From a virus, in the IMG/VR virus record IMGVR_UViG_2878656381_000006: a DNA stretch of 64,000 nucleotides; one strand, given 5' to 3'. Below are positions 20,731 to 33,857 of the stretch, piece after piece (position 1 is the stretch's first letter; every line of letters begins with the position of its first letter). The notes below the pieces were generated by a model that was given only the letters and a program-made list of their open reading frames with translations, did no database searches and was not told the origin of the DNA. The position numbers and the translations under genes are program-made.

Positions 20731-22527
20731 ATGAAGAATATACGTAACTTTTCTATTATTGCACACATTGACCACGGTAAATCGACACTCTCTGACCGCC
20801 TTATTCAAACTTGCGGTGGCTTATCTGATCGTGAAATGGAAGCCCAAGTGTTGGATTCCATGGATCTTGAACGTGAACGTGGGATCACGATCAAAGCACA
20901 AAGTGTGACCTTAAACTACAAAGCGAAAGATGGCGAAACCTATCAATTAAATTTCATCGATACGCCAGGTCACGTTGACTTCTCTTATGAAGTATCGCGT
21001 TCTTTAGCCGCTTGTGAAGGCGCATTATTAGTGGTGGATGCGGGACAAGGTGTCGAGGCACAAACTTTGGCTAACTGCTATACCGCAATTGAAATGAATT
21101 TAGAAGTGGTGCCGATTTTAAACAAAATCGACTTGCCCGCGGCAGATCCTGAACGCGTTGCAGAAGAAATTGAAGACATTGTCGGTATTGACGCGATGGA
21201 AGCGGTGCGCTGTTCAGCAAAAACCGGTGTGGGTATTGAAGATGTGTTGGAAGAAATTGTGCATAAAATCCCTGCACCAGAAGGGGATCCGAATGCACCA
21301 TTACAAGCCTTGATTATCGACTCGTGGTTTGATAACTACTTAGGCGTAGTATCTTTAGTGCGCATTAAAAACGGCACATTACGTAAAGGCGATAAAATCA
21401 AAGTGATGTCTACAGGGCAATCTTACAATGTGGATCGTCTTGGTATTTTCACCCCAAAACAAGTCGATACCACCATTTTAAATTGTGGTGAAGTGGGTTG
21501 GGTGGTGTGCGCCATTAAAGATATTTTAGGGGCACCCGTGGGTGATACGCTTACTTCGCACAACAATCCAGCTTCTTCTGTCCTGCCGGGTTTTAAGAAA
21601 GTTAAGCCACAGGTGTATGCCGGTTTATTCCCAATTAGCTCTGATGATTATGAAGCGTTCCGCGATGCACTCGGTAAACTTAGTCTAAACGATGCGTCAT
21701 TATTCTATGAACCTGAAAACTCCACCGCACTTGGTTTCGGTTTCCGTTGTGGTTTCTTAGGACTTCTCCACATGGAGATTATTCAAGAGCGTTTAGAGCG
21801 CGAATACGATCTTGATCTGATTACCACAGCACCGACAGTAGTGTATGAAGTGGAAAAAACCGACGGTGAAGTGATTTATGTGGATAGCCCATCAAAATTA
21901 CCGCCACTCAACAACATTACGGAGATTCGTGAACCGATTGCAGAATGTAACATGCTGTTACCACAAACCTACTTAGGTAACGTCATTACGCTCTGTGTAG
22001 AAAAACGCGGTGTACAAACCAATATGGTTTACCATGGTAACCAAGTGGCATTGACCTATGAAATCCCAATGGGCGAAGTGGTACTGGATTTCTTCGACCG
22101 CTTAAAATCGACTTCTCGTGGTTATGCTTCCTTAGATTATGGTTTCAAACGTTTCCAAGCCGCCGATATGGTACGTGTCGACATTATGATCAATGGTGAG
22201 CGTGTCGATGCGTTAGCGTTAATCGTGCATAAAGATAATGCACCTTATCGTGGTCGTGAATTAGTGGAGAAAATGCGTGAACTCATTCCACGTCAACAAT
22301 TTGATATTGCGATTCAAGCGGCGATTGGTAACCACATTATTGCCCGTTCTACCGTCAAACAATTACGTAAAAACGTATTAGCAAAATGTTATGGTGGTGA
22401 CGTTAGCCGTAAGAAAAAACTCTTACAGAAACAAAAAGAAGGTAAAAAACGCATGAAGTCTTTGGGTAACGTCGAAGTACCACAAGAAGCCTTCTTAGCG
22501 ATTTTACATGTCGGAAAAGACAAATAA
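20731..22527 (+). CDS. lepA: Elongation factor 4
   Basis: [20 protein letters not shown]. Confidence 0.99.
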   Translation: MKNIRNFSIIAHIDHGKSTLSDRLIQTCGGLSDREMEAQVLDSMDLERERGITIKAQSVTLNYKAKDGETYQLNFIDTPGHVDFSYEVSRSLAACEGALLVVDAGQGVEAQTLANCYTAIEMNLEVVPILNKIDLPAADPERVAEEIEDIVGIDAMEAVRCSAKTGVGIEDVLEEIVHKIPAPEGDPNAPLQALIIDSWFDNYLGVVSLVRIKNGTLRKGDKIKVMSTGQSYNVDRLGIFTPKQVDTTILNCGEVGWVVCAIKDILGAPVGDTLTSHNNPASSVLPGFKKVKPQVYAGLFPISSDDYEAFRDALGKLSLNDASLFYEPENSTALGFGFRCGFLGLLHMEIIQERLEREYDLDLITTAPTVVYEVEKTDGEVIYVDSPSKLPPLNNITEIREPIAECNMLLPQTYLGNVITLCVEKRGVQTNMVYHGNQVALTYEIPMGEVVLDFFDRLKSTSRGYASLDYGFKRFQAADMVRVDIMINGERVDALALIVHKDNAPYRGRELVEKMRELIPRQQFDIAIQAAIGNHIIARSTVKQLRKNVLAKCYGGDVSRKKKLLQKQKEGKKRMKSLGNVEVPQEAFLAILHVGKDK

Positions 22528-22545
22528 GGAACATCAGGAAATACT

Positions 22546-23568
22546 ATGTCTAACTTCTTCCTCATTCTATTGTTAGTAGCAGGGTTCGGTGTCTGGAAAG
22601 TATTAGATTATTTTGCCTTACCTAACACGTTTTCCATCTTGCTTATTCTCTTGACCGTCATTTCTGGCGCCTTGTGGTGCTATTACCGTTTTACGGTCCA
22701 ACCACGGCGCGCAAGACAAATTGCGCGTGCAGAACAACGTTCTGGCAAAGCACTCAGCGATGAAGAAAAGGCTAAAATTGAACCCATCTCAGAAGGCGGA
22801 GAGTTTTTATCTTCACTGTTTCCGGTTCTCGCCTTTGTGTTAATTTTACGTTCCTTTTTGTTTGAACCCTTTCAAATTCCATCTTCATCAATGGAACCAA
22901 CATTGCGTATTGGTGACTTTTTGGTAGTAAAAAAATACGCATACGGGATTAAAGATCCTGTGTTCCAAAACACGATAATTGAAACTGGCAAACCTGAACG
23001 TGGCGATATTATTGTGTTTAAAGCCCCGTTACAACCTAGCGTAGATTATATTAAACGTGTTGTCGGCGCACCGGGCGATAAAGTGCAATACAACGAATAC
23101 ACGCGTCAATTAACTTTAACCTATGCGAAAGACGGTCAAGAATGTCACAGTGACTGTGAAACAAAAATCTTTAGCTATACTGAGCCTAAAGAAAATCCCG
23201 ACTTTCAGTTTCTGATTGGACGTGATCATAAAGGTGAATATCTATATGGTCCTTCGCCGTTAGAAACCACCGAAACAGGCGATGTGTCTCACCAAATTCA
23301 CTGGTATCCTGAACCAATTTCAGAAGGTTTTCGTTATAAAGCCTACCGTTCACAAAGCAATTATGTGACAGAATGGGTCGTACCAGAAGGGCATTATTTT
23401 GTGATGGGCGACAATCGTAATAACAGTGAAGACAGCCGTTTTTGGGGCTTTGTCCCAGAGAAAAACATTGTGGGGAAAGCCACATATATTTGGTTGAGTT
23501 TAGATAAAAAACAAGATCAATGGCCAACAGGCGTCCGTTTTGAACGCTTTTTTACAGAAATTAAGTAA
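22546..23568 (+). CDS. lepB: Signal peptidase I
   Basis: SSSMEPTL, YIKRVVG, GDNRNNSEDSR. Confidence 0.97.
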   Translation: MSNFFLILLLVAGFGVWKVLDYFALPNTFSILLILLTVISGALWCYYRFTVQPRRARQIARAEQRSGKALSDEEKAKIEPISEGGEFLSSLFPVLAFVLILRSFLFEPFQIPSSSMEPTLRIGDFLVVKKYAYGIKDPVFQNTIIETGKPERGDIIVFKAPLQPSVDYIKRVVGAPGDKVQYNEYTRQLTLTYAKDGQECHSDCETKIFSYTEPKENPDFQFLIGRDHKGEYLYGPSPLETTETGDVSHQIHWYPEPISEGFRYKAYRSQSNYVTEWVVPEGHYFVMGDNRNNSEDSRFWGFVPEKNIVGKATYIWLSLDKKQDQWPTGVRFERFFTEIK

Positions 23569-23574
23569 TAAGTA

Positions 23575-24252
23575 ATGACTCAAAATTTAGAACGTTTACA
23601 ACGCCAGATTGGTTATCAATTTAACCAACCGGCGTTGCTTAAACAAGCATTAACACACCGCAGTGCCGCGGTTAAGCACAACGAGCGTCTTGAGTTTCTC
23701 GGCGATGCCATTTTAAATTTCATCATTGCTGAAGCACTCTATCACCAGTTTCCCAAATGTAATGAAGGGGAATTAAGTCGTATGCGAGCCACGCTAGTAC
23801 GTGAGCCGACGCTCGCGTCATTAGCTCGCCAATTTGAATTGGGGGATTATTTATCGCTCGGACCGGGCGAATTAAAAAGCGGCGGTTTTCGTCGCGAGTC
23901 GATTCTAGCTGACTGTGTGGAAGCCATTATTGGCGCTATCTCTTTAGATAGTGACTTAGCCACTACCACGAAAATCGTACAACATTGGTACCAAGCACAG
24001 CTCAAACAAATCCAACCGGGTGACAATCAAAAAGACCCCAAAACACGCTTACAGGAATATTTACAGGGTAAACGTCTTCCTCTCCCAACTTACAATGTGG
24101 TTGAAATCAAAGGTGAAGCCCATTGCCAAACGTTTACTGTCGAATGTTACGTGAAAAATATTGACCGCACTTTTATGGGAAGCGGTGCAAGTCGCCGTAA
24201 AGCTGAACAAGCGGCAGCAGAAAAAATTTTACAATTATTGGAAATGAAATGA
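23575..24252 (+). CDS. rnc: Ribonuclease III
   Basis: NERLEFLGD plus dsRBD. Confidence 0.98.
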   Translation: MTQNLERLQRQIGYQFNQPALLKQALTHRSAAVKHNERLEFLGDAILNFIIAEALYHQFPKCNEGELSRMRATLVREPTLASLARQFELGDYLSLGPGELKSGGFRRESILADCVEAIIGAISLDSDLATTTKIVQHWYQAQLKQIQPGDNQKDPKTRLQEYLQGKRLPLPTYNVVEIKGEAHCQTFTVECYVKNIDRTFMGSGASRRKAEQAAAEKILQLLEMK

Positions 24253-25169
24253 ACGAAATAAAGACGGCGGATAACGCCAAAACTTACTGTGGCTTTATTG
24301 CTATTGTAGGTCGTCCTAATGTAGGGAAATCTACTCTTTTGAATAAAATCTTGGGGCAAAAAATTTCAATTACCTCACGCAAAGCGCAGACAACCCGTCA
24401 TCGCATTGTAGGTATTCACACTGACGGTCCTTATCAAGCGGTGTATGTTGATACACCGGGCTTACATATTGAAGAAAAACGTGCGATTAATCGTTTAATG
24501 AACCGTGCAGCAAGCAGTGCAATTGGTGATGTGGATCTGATTATCTTTGTGGTAGATGGTACGCATTGGAATGAAGATGATGAAATGGTGCTCAATAAAT
24601 TGCGTGCGGCGAAAGCCCCCGTGGTGCTCGCAATTAATAAAATTGACAACATCAAAAACAAAGAAGAGATGCTACCATTTATTACCGAGCTGACCAGTAA
24701 ATTTGACTTTGCTCACGTGGTCCCAATTTCGGCACAAGGTGGCAAAAATGTCGCAGAATTAGAAAAAATTGTGCGTGAATCTTTACATGAAGGTACGCAT
24801 CATTTCCCTGAAGAATACGTGACTGATCGTTCACAACGCTTTATGGCATCCGAAATCATCCGTGAAAAACTCATGCGTTTTACCGGTGATGAATTACCTT
24901 ATTCTGTTACCGTAGAAATTGAACAATTTAAATTGAACGAACGCGGCACTTACGAAATCAATGGATTAATTCTAGTTGAACGTGAAGGTCAGAAAAAAAT
25001 GGTGATCGGCAATAAAGGGCAAAAAATCAAACAAATTGGTATTGAAGCGCGTGCTGATATGGAACGCTTGTTTGATAATAAAGTCCACCTTGAGCTGTGG
25101 GTGAAAGTCAAATCAGGTTGGGCGGATGATGAACGCGCCTTACGTAGCTTAGGTTATATGGACGAATAA
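24249..25169 (+). CDS. era: GTPase Era
   Basis: [19 protein letters not shown] domain. Confidence 0.98.
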   Translation: MNEIKTADNAKTYCGFIAIVGRPNVGKSTLLNKILGQKISITSRKAQTTRHRIVGIHTDGPYQAVYVDTPGLHIEEKRAINRLMNRAASSAIGDVDLIIFVVDGTHWNEDDEMVLNKLRAAKAPVVLAINKIDNIKNKEEMLPFITELTSKFDFAHVVPISAQGGKNVAELEKIVRESLHEGTHHFPEEYVTDRSQRFMASEIIREKLMRFTGDELPYSVTVEIEQFKLNERGTYEINGLILVEREGQKKMVIGNKGQKIKQIGIEARADMERLFDNKVHLELWVKVKSGWADDERALRSLGYMDE

Positions 25170-25190
25170 CTAAGTTTCCGACCTTGTGTA

Positions 25191-25216
25191 AAAGAGTGGT
25201 AAAGCCACTCTTTTTT
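25191..25216 (+). terminator. Terminator after era
   Basis: AAAGAGTGG-taaag-CCACTCTTTTTT. Confidence 0.8.
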
Positions 25217-25287
25217 ATTGTTTCTACACGATAAAAAAAACCGCGAATGCCTTTGCACTCGCGGTATATATTACAAATTGAAGTGAT

Positions 25288-25330
25288 AAGTGCGGTCAAA
25301 ATCAAAATTTTTTCTGATTTAACCGCACTT
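25288..25330. repeat. Inverted pair of DNA uptake signal sequences (probable pfhB terminator)
   Basis: AAGTGCGGT at 25288-25296 and ACCGCACTT at 25322-25330. Confidence 0.85.
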
Positions 25331-25338
25331 TAGCGCAC

Positions 25339-28300
25339 TTACTTGGTTTCTGCGTGATAATTCACTACATTAAAGAAGCGTTTGCCTTCTTTTTTACCCG
25401 CATAACCACTCTTCTCCCAAAATGCTTCTTTGAGCCAGCTTTCAAATTTTTGATGGCTTGGGAACGTCATTTCGCCGAAGTTTGGATCGAAAAATACGAC
25501 TTTTTCGCCTTGAACAAGCGCCGACACAGTATGTGAACCGCCTTCAAGATTAATCGAGATTTTCTTCGCGCCAGCAGTATCGCTACCCGTATCTAAAATC
25601 GCTTTGGTCAATGCGGAAATATCGCTTTTCGATACCGTACCCGCCACTTCATCACGACGGCTCAAATCGCCGACTTTTTTCTCTTTCGGTACTACGCCTT
25701 GCTCTTGTAACCAATTATCAGTCAACTTGAATTGCTGCGTCGCACTGCCACTTTGCATAAACTCTGTTTGCAGTTTCTTAATCGAGTCAATCGCTTCTTG
25801 CTTCAAGTGACCTTTCTTACCGCCTTCGTACATCGTATTCCAGAAGTCTTCACCTTGGCTACTGACTTTGTTCGCAATCCAGTGGGCACACGTGGATTCA
25901 CACACACCATGTTGTGTATCAACATGTTTCACAATTTCGTTGTAAACTTCACCTTTAGACTGTGCATATTTAAAGCTGACTTCACCACCAAATTCTTCCA
26001 CTGAAGAACGCACTGCATCAATTTTATGTTTCACTTTCAATGGCTGAAGTTGATCAGAGAGTTTCTGTAAAAAGCTTCTTGGTTGCTCCACTAACGCACG
26101 TTGTTGGACACGCTCTGTCACTGGTTTACTCACAATTTCTGTCTCAGTATTGACCGCACTTTCGCGCTGTTCTGCTTCCTTTTCTCCCTGTTTTACAATT
26201 GGTGTAGGAGATTCAAAAGGAATCGTTTCATACTCAGATTCAGTAGAAGAAGCTTTTACTCTTGGCTGAAGAGTCGCCCCTTCAGATGTGGATCCGCTTG
26301 CTGGTGCCTGTTGGCTTGACGAATCCGCATTAACATCATTTCCTCCCTCTGGTTGCGTTGTTGGAATTGGTGGTAAAGGGCGTTTCGCATGAGATGTACT
26401 TTCCCCAATTTCTGCATAAATCGGATCACCAGCTATCTCCACTGCTTTTGCTTTACCTTGATTTGGTAATTCTGGTAAAGGATCTGTCGCTTGTCTCCCT
26501 CGAGGCAAGGTCACTTCGGCGTATTCAGACCCGATTTCAACCTTATTACGTTTAAAGTCTGCATTACTGTCACCAACGCGATTGTATGGATTATTCGCAA
26601 TTTCCTCATACACATGGTTTTCGGCTTCGGCTTTATGACGAGCGATATCAGAATTGCTGTCGCCTAACTTACTATAAAGGTCTGGGATTTCTTCATATAC
26701 GTGAGTACTGCTGTCGTCAGCGGCATCGGTTGTCGCGTTATCTTCTTTAGCTGGAGACAATTTCTCTTTCGCCTTCTTACCCAGTTCCACAATATCAAGC
26801 GTTTCAAAGCTAAAATGTGTGCTCGCATAATTATCATCACGTGTAACTTCTTTTGCGAGGCTAAGATCTTTTTCTACTTGTCCAACAATCTTACTTTGAT
26901 CTGGATTCACACCTGCTAACGTGGATTTCTGTGTCGCCGCATAATGTTTTTGTTCTGCACGTCCACCACGCAAATTCAAGGCAGAAACGCCATTTTCATT
27001 TGCACCGATTGAAACACCTGCTGACCCACCATCTTTATCATGGCGGTCATGTAGAACGCTACTGTTGACTTGCCCTTTCACATTAAAATCACGAGGTTCA
27101 CCTTTATTAACAATATAACCTGCTTGTAAATTCAGATCCTGAATTTCACCTGAGATCTGGTTAGCACGAATACCCGCTTGTTTATTTACAGTACCTCGCG
27201 TTTCCGTTTCATGGCTATAACCTAATCCTACATTACCCGTCGGTTTAACAATGGTTGAGGTTGAAAGGGAGGCGCCCACTGAAGCACTATAGTCAACACT
27301 ATGCTGCGTTCTGTGTAACGTATCTTGCTTCGAAATGATGTTCGTTTTCCCTTTGACATGCAAGTCAAGCTTGTCCGCATGAATATTCGAACTTTCTAAG
27401 TTAAGATCGCCACCAGCTTCAATTTTCAAATGTTGGGCTTGTAATAAACTGTTATTAAATGATTTTTTACGTTCATGACTAATACTTTCATTACCTTCAA
27501 TGCCAACGGATACACCTGCCGTACATCCCGCATTAATGGCACTACAGCCCGCATTTGCTCCACCATAAATTTTCACTCTAGACAATCTTTCGTCTGATTG
27601 GCTGTCTTTCTCACCGGCTTGGATATTCACATCTTGTTTCGCTTTTAGGGTTAAATTGTTTTTTTCTGCACTCTCTACATTTTTCAGATGAATACTGCCT
27701 TCACGCGCAGAAAGCACCAAATTCCCTCCTAACTTCGTACGAATATCGCTAGATTCGGTTAGGTGTTTTATTTCTTTCGTGCGTTCAAATGCGCCTTTCA
27801 CTGAGCCACCAACTAAATCCCCCGTTATCACATTCAAGACATCACTTGCCTGCTGTAACACGACCGTACCGTCTTGTTTAATCCCATTTTGCGCATCAAT
27901 AAACTGTTTGGCTAAATGACTTACCGCATCGGCAATCGCAGAATGAGCTTCTGCCTCTGGACCAATTTTTAATGTGGTACTTTCAATGTGACGGTCGTAT
28001 TCATCTTTTTGTTTCGTCGAGGTAATGTCGCGAGCAGATAGCTCAAACCCTTGCTTCTGTGTTGGTTTTTCTTGCGCAAAAAACTCGGCACGCTTCTCTG
28101 ACATTAACGCATTGATATCAGATGCAGATAAAACTGGCGAAACGGTTTTATCTGTTTTTGCTGTTTTCGCTGTAACATTAGCATTCGTTGCTGGCGTGTC
28201 AGTCTGACCTTTTGTGTTACTCTGCGTTGGTAAGTTGCTATTAATGTTAACACCACCAATGTCCGCATTCCCTAACACATGTAATGTGCCACTTTCAGCT

Positions 28301-31300
28301 TGTAACTCACTATTAGTATGGGTTAACAACGTTTCCTGTGTTTTCGTATGACGAATCGCCAAACCTAACTCAGCTCCCACACCCGTGTTAGTGGTTGGTA
28401 CATTGCTAGAAGCTTTGCCACCCTCTTTACTGTTGTAGTCATAACGCGCAGAACGTCCTCCTCCACTTGCATGGGCTGAACCATACAGATGTGAAGTATA
28501 TTCTTCCGTTTCAAGATTAGTGACATTTTTACCCGCTTGCGTTTTATAGTCACCTTTCACAATCCCGCTTAATTGCTGAGTTTTTAGCGTACTTCCTACT
28601 TGATTCACATCCTTTTCAACCGCCAAATGTAAACGATCGACCTCTACGTTTGACCCCACTGACGTCGCTTTTGAACGTCGCTCTGTATAACTTTCAGCAG
28701 GTGAAAAGGTCAACGGACCCGCCTCATAAACATCATAAGATTGTTCCGTCTTATGCGCATCTTTTAAATTCAGATCACCCGTTTTGATAAAGCCAGTTTT
28801 GCCTTTCACATCTGAGGCTTGTAGCGTAATACTCGCATTCTTATCTGTTTCTAAATGCAAATGCCCCTCGCTTCTAATCTCAGCACCTTGTACATCACTA
28901 CCTCCAGTTTTGCTCGCATGGGAGCGCGCAAGATTTTCAATCCCTTGCTGTCCAACTAAACGTGTTTCTGTACGGCTTAAGATACTGCCTTTATTTTGGA
29001 TTTTGCCTTCTGCTTCAATCTTCACGCGGTCACCTGCTAACGTACCACTGTTACTCACATGACCCGCCTTAATTTCAACATCACGAGCATGAATCACCGC
29101 ATGACCGCGTCCTTGTGATTTTTGCGCTTCAGCTAAGGTTGATTGTGCAAGGTAGACTTGTGGCACAAAGACGTCTTTGCCTTTTACCTGCGTTTTGACA
29201 TACCATACAATATCTTGTTTTAATTTTGCTTGTTGTTCTTGGGTTAAGCTTTCCCCTATTTTCAAACCAAGATCTTTCGCTTCAACAGAAGAGTTGTCGA
29301 TCAATCTTTTGACTAAATCGACATTGCTTAGGTTATATTTTTTCGCCAGCTGATTATCGACTTTTTTCTCAATACTGCGCGTAATCAATTGGTGATCAAA
29401 ATAGTTATCCCCTAAGACATTAACTTTCTGCTCTGTTTGACTATCAGATGCCACTTGGTTAAAGAAGTAGTCAGCACCTTTATAATCATCTTGGTTAATG
29501 TATTTCAATTGCGTACGATAAAGCGGATCAGTTTGTACTTTAGGGCGCGCTTCATCTACCGCTTTAAACAAGCTTTGTTTCGCGATTTCTGTCACTTTTT
29601 TTGCTTCTTCCTCTAAAACTTTCAGTTCTTCTTTGAGTTGTTGCTCCGCTATTTCCTCGGCTTTCTGCTTTTCTGCTTTTTCACGTTGTGCTTTTTCCTC
29701 TGCGGCACGTTTTGCCTCTTCAGCCTGTTGTGCCTGTCTAGCAATTTCCGCTTGACGTGCCTCTTCCATTTCACGGGCTAATGCTTCTTGCTGAGCACGC
29801 TCCAACGTTTCTTGCGCTTTCGCAACACCGTCTTCTTCTTGACGTTTTTCCTCTTCTTTGAATTTCTCAGTACGTTCTTTTTGTGCCTTCTCTTTATTTA
29901 AACGTGCTTTTTCTAATAATTCTTGACGCTTGCGATCTTCGGCTAAACGCTTTTCTTCAAACAAGTGGTGTAATCGCTCTTGCAACGCTCTTGGTAAGCT
30001 CTCAAAACGTTGATTATTTAAACGTCTTTCCTCATAAAATGCTTCTTCATCAATGTATTGCTCCTCATTCAGTTCTTTCAAATAACTGTTCAGCAAACGT
30101 CCATTTTTCGCGATTTCATCAGGATCAAGATAGTTAGGTTGCTCCCCCTCAATGATCTTTAATTCATCTTCATCAATTTCTCTTGTTTTCTTGTCTAACT
30201 GTACACTGTTATCAATAAATAAATTAGGTATATCAAGAAGCTCTGATAAAGCCGATAAATCAACGCCTGTATCATTAATTTCTTTATCTGCGACTTCAGG
30301 GATAAACTCACTTTGTGGCAGAGTTAAAGTATGCTTACCGATCTGCAATTGACCATCAAATCCGCCTTGAATAGAACGCTCACCATTTTGTAAGCTGTTT
30401 GTTTTGAGTGCTAAGCTGCCCGCCAAAATTTTGGCTTTTTGCTCAGGGTAATACACAAAACTGGTCGGATTTTGTTTAAAGGCTTTCCAACGTTGTGTCA
30501 TTTGTTCATGAGAAAGTTGATGCCAGTTTTCCCCAAAGGCAGCCACCATCCCTTTCTGTAACATTGGAGAGTGTCTTACTTGTTGTAATAACTTATACGC
30601 ACTGAAGTTCTCTGCTGAATAGAGATTCGCTTTAATAATTGGCGATGGCGATAATAACGCATCGAGAAAATCACCAAAGGTTTTAAAATTTCTTTCCGTA
30701 TTCCCTAATCGAAAGAAAATATGACGAGTATAAGGTTTGTAGTGAATAGTCACATCCGCTTCTTGCTGGAAGAAATGTGATAATGCGTCAAATTTAAGCA
30801 GTTTCATTTCATTGACAATTTCATCTGCATCAGAACGGAAAGTGCCTTTCACATTAATCACACCATGATTCGTAATACTGGAGAAACCTCTTTCATTATC
30901 TCTTTTCGAGTTAAAGATCAAATTACCGTCTGTACGAAGCGAACCAAGTTGTTGCACCTCAACAACGGGCTTGTCGATTTCTTTTACGTTGACGTTTAAT
31001 TCATAGAAGTTATTATGCCAACCATGTTTTGCCGTTTCATTGATACGATAATAACGCGTATAATCTTTTTTCAGATCTTGATACTCAAGACGACCTGTGA
31101 GAGTAACATCATTAATTAACGCATTTGCATTGATCGTCGCGTCACCTTTAGCAAAAATATTCCCTAAATTGTACACCGTGCGATCCGCTGTGAGGTTCAT
31201 GGCGCCTTCAGAATGGAGTAAACTCTTACCTTGATTAATAAGATATCCTCCTTGGTTTTCTCCTCTTTTCGCGCTCAGATTCAAACTTTTACCCGCCCCC

Positions 31301-32813
31301 AAGATACCGCCTATGTTATAAATGCTGCCTTGTTTGGTATTAATCGTTAAATTTTGAGCACTTGCTAAGGTACCGTAATTCACAAAACCAGACTTGGTAT
31401 TGATCGTGATATTCGCGTTTAATTGAATATTTTTCGCTTGATCAATTTGAACATTTTTTGCCGTGATTTCTAAGTTGTCTTTTGCTGTGATAAAGTTATT
31501 TCCCTCAGTCACAAAACTGGTGTCATCTTTAAAAGTGAGCTTGGCATTACCGTTACTGTGAATTAGCCCTGTGTTGACAAACCCCGGCGCTAACAATGAA
31601 GCGCCTTTTAAGAAACTCAGTGGTTGATTAACCCCATCCTCAAGTAAAAGATCACGACCTTTGGTTTTAATATCAAGTTCGCTAGACGCATAGATTTCTT
31701 TACTATTGACTAAATTATCAGCATTTAGCGTCACTTTCTTGCCGTAAATGCTACCTTTATTAGTTAATTTATCGGTTGTTGTGCTCAGCTCATTAGCAAT
31801 AAGTTTCGCGTTATCTTCAAGATTCACACTCTTACTTGCTGCAATTTTGGCACTCGTTTTGGCAGTTAATTTCGCATTTTGTCTTACTGTTGTTTCTTGT
31901 GCTTGAATATCGACCGCTTTGTTGGCTTTAACTTCCTTACCAATAATAACGTGCTTACCGCCTTTAACTGTAAAATTCCCTTCTGCATGAACTTTGGCAT
32001 AATTCTCATTCTGATTATTTTTTGTATTGCCTAATTCAACATCGCCTTCATGGGTTTCAATTTGAATATCCGCCTCAGATAAAATAATGCCATCATGTTT
32101 TACCCCAGCGCCTTTATCCGTTACGATTAATTTGATATTTTTACCGTACATTGCACCGGTACTTGCACCGCTAATCGCAATTTCACCTTGTGCCTCAGCG
32201 GTATGCTTTTCTGTCACTTGATGTGTATTTAAATCATATTTACTGTTACCTGCGACAAAAGTGATATCGGTTTCGGAATTTCCTGTTCTTTCTTTTGTAA
32301 TCGCTTGTTTTTGTTCAATCTTTTTGGCAATGATATCCAAATAAGGTAAGCCATCTGTGGCAAATCCATCCACCCCAATTGTCACTGTACCTTGCGTGAC
32401 ATTTAACTGCATTTGCTCAGGATCAATAGTACTACTGGTTGTTGCCACAAAACGATTGGCATTAATGGTTTTTACCCCATTAAGCACAATGCCATTTTGG
32501 TTCGCAATCACCAAATCGGCTTTTTGCCCTAAAATTTCAAGGGCGCCTTCAATTTTACTGGCATCCGGTCCAGTCACCTGATTTAAGATCGCTTTTGCTT
32601 CACTACCTTCCGTTAAATTCTGGTTACCTGGCAAATACCCCACTAACTGTGAGCGTTTTTCCTTGGCGCTATTGTTAAATACCGCCCCATTTGGGATGTT
32701 GAAGTGTTTAAAACGGTTATCTGAAATGCCCTTTTGGTTTGGTTTTGCAATATCAACAATGATGACATTATTCTCAGTATGTTTGATTTTTGTTTGATGA
32801 TCCCCTTTAGTAA
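25339..32813 (-). pseudogene. pfhB: Filamentous haemagglutinin (TpsA, PfhB-type) with C-terminal YopT-like C58 protease; 5' end cut off by prophage 2
   Basis: Frame open from 32813; TPS motifs IVDIAKPN..GISDNRF..FN, ILNQVTG, IANQNG; FHA repeats; triad motifs GVCES / GSHTV / FFDPNFG; no signal peptide. Confidence 0.9.
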
Positions 32814-32819
32814 TGCCGC

Positions 32820-32853
32820 GCGCGATAAATTGACATAGTTCAGCGCGATAAAT
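32820..32853. repeat. Direct repeat GCGCGATAAAT x2 at the prophage 2 end (putative transposase sites)
   Basis: Copies at 32820-32830 and 32843-32853, just inside the terminal TG. Confidence 0.75.
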
Positions 32854-32890
32854 AAAAGTTTACTTTGTTACATATACTGAAACTAAGTTA

Positions 32891-32928
32891 CAAAAAAAGA
32901 GAAACCATTTATTAGTTTCTCTTTTTTG
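32891..32928 (-). terminator. Terminator after the methyltransferase gene
   Basis: AAAAAAGAGAAAC / GTTTCTCTTTTTT inverted repeat. Confidence 0.7.
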
Positions 32929-33011
32929 TTGATATTGCAACGTCATTTCTATATAGAAATTGGCATACTTTATTCACAAATTTCTCATAGATAAACTTTG
33001 TGTATTTAGCT

Positions 33012-33857
33012 TTAGAACTTATAAACTAAATTATCTTCATACTTGCCACTATAGTTTGTAGAAGTATTAATGCTTATCTTCTTATAATCTGTAAATGACT
33101 CCCAGTTATGTGTTTTCGTTTCAAGCATGAAATCCACAAACCGTATAAATTCAGATTTTGTTGAACTGAAAAAGATAAAAGGCGGTCTTGTCAGATTAAT
33201 CAACCTTAAAAAATCAATCAAATCAAAGTACGTATCCATGCTATACGCAGCTTGATGTGTGCATAAGTAAGGTGGGTCTAACACAAATAACGTCTTTTGC
33301 TTGTCGACAAACCGAGGCAATAATGAATGAAATGACTCATTGGCAACTTCAAAACCATTAAAATAATCTTGTGCCTCACTATAATCAGACAGACGAATGC
33401 GATTATAAAATGACAAGCGATATAGTTCACTTAATGTCCTGACTTGCTGACCACTAAATAATAACCAAGTAGACAATACATGCGGATCTTTATAGCCAGT
33501 AAATGCCTCTATAGCTTGAATCACTTTGTATTTCATATCACAGCTTAACTGTTTGCTACGTGGCTCATTTTTAAGTAACTCAAGCAAGATACGACGCAGT
33601 TTATTCAGATCTCGAATGTGTTTCAATCGTTCACTATAGCCATCAAAATCATTATAAATAACGCGAGCTTTGGGCTTGATGTGTTTTGTGACATGACTTA
33701 GAAGTCCGCTACCGCCGAAAGCATCAATAATCGTCCATCCCTCACCGTCATCAGGAATGTGTTCGTTAATGATATTGATGTAATGATTTAAGAAGAGTCG
33801 TTTTTGTCCAACGAATGGGAGCGGCGCTTGTTTATAAAATGATTGATTGTTTTTCAT
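33012..33857 (-). CDS. DNA adenine methyltransferase (D12/Dam-like) at the mom position
   Basis: PLPFVGQKR, DAFGGSG (motif I), LDPPY (motif IV). Confidence 0.88.
   Translation of the reverse strand: MKNNQSFYKQAPLPFVGQKRLFLNHYINIINEHIPDDGEGWTIIDAFGGSGLLSHVTKHIKPKARVIYNDFDGYSERLKHIRDLNKLRRILLELLKNEPRSKQLSCDMKYKVIQAIEAFTGYKDPHVLSTWLLFSGQQVRTLSELYRLSFYNRIRLSDYSEAQDYFNGFEVANESFHSLLPRFVDKQKTLFVLDPPYLCTHQAAYSMDTYFDLIDFLRLINLTRPPFIFFSSTKSEFIRFVDFMLETKTHNWESFTDYKKISINTSTNYSGKYEDNLVYKF

Noticed and set aside
29580..29990. Repetitive E/K/A/Q stretch in pfhB as a DNA repeat array
   Set aside because: It encodes a coiled coil, with no regular nucleotide repeat unit.
15032..32813. Composite transposon carrying the core block
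   Set aside because: The flanking ends belong to different elements with different repeats, and each faces its own prophage.
33012..33857. Restriction-modification system
   Set aside because: No adjacent endonuclease; this is an orphan methyltransferase at the mom position.
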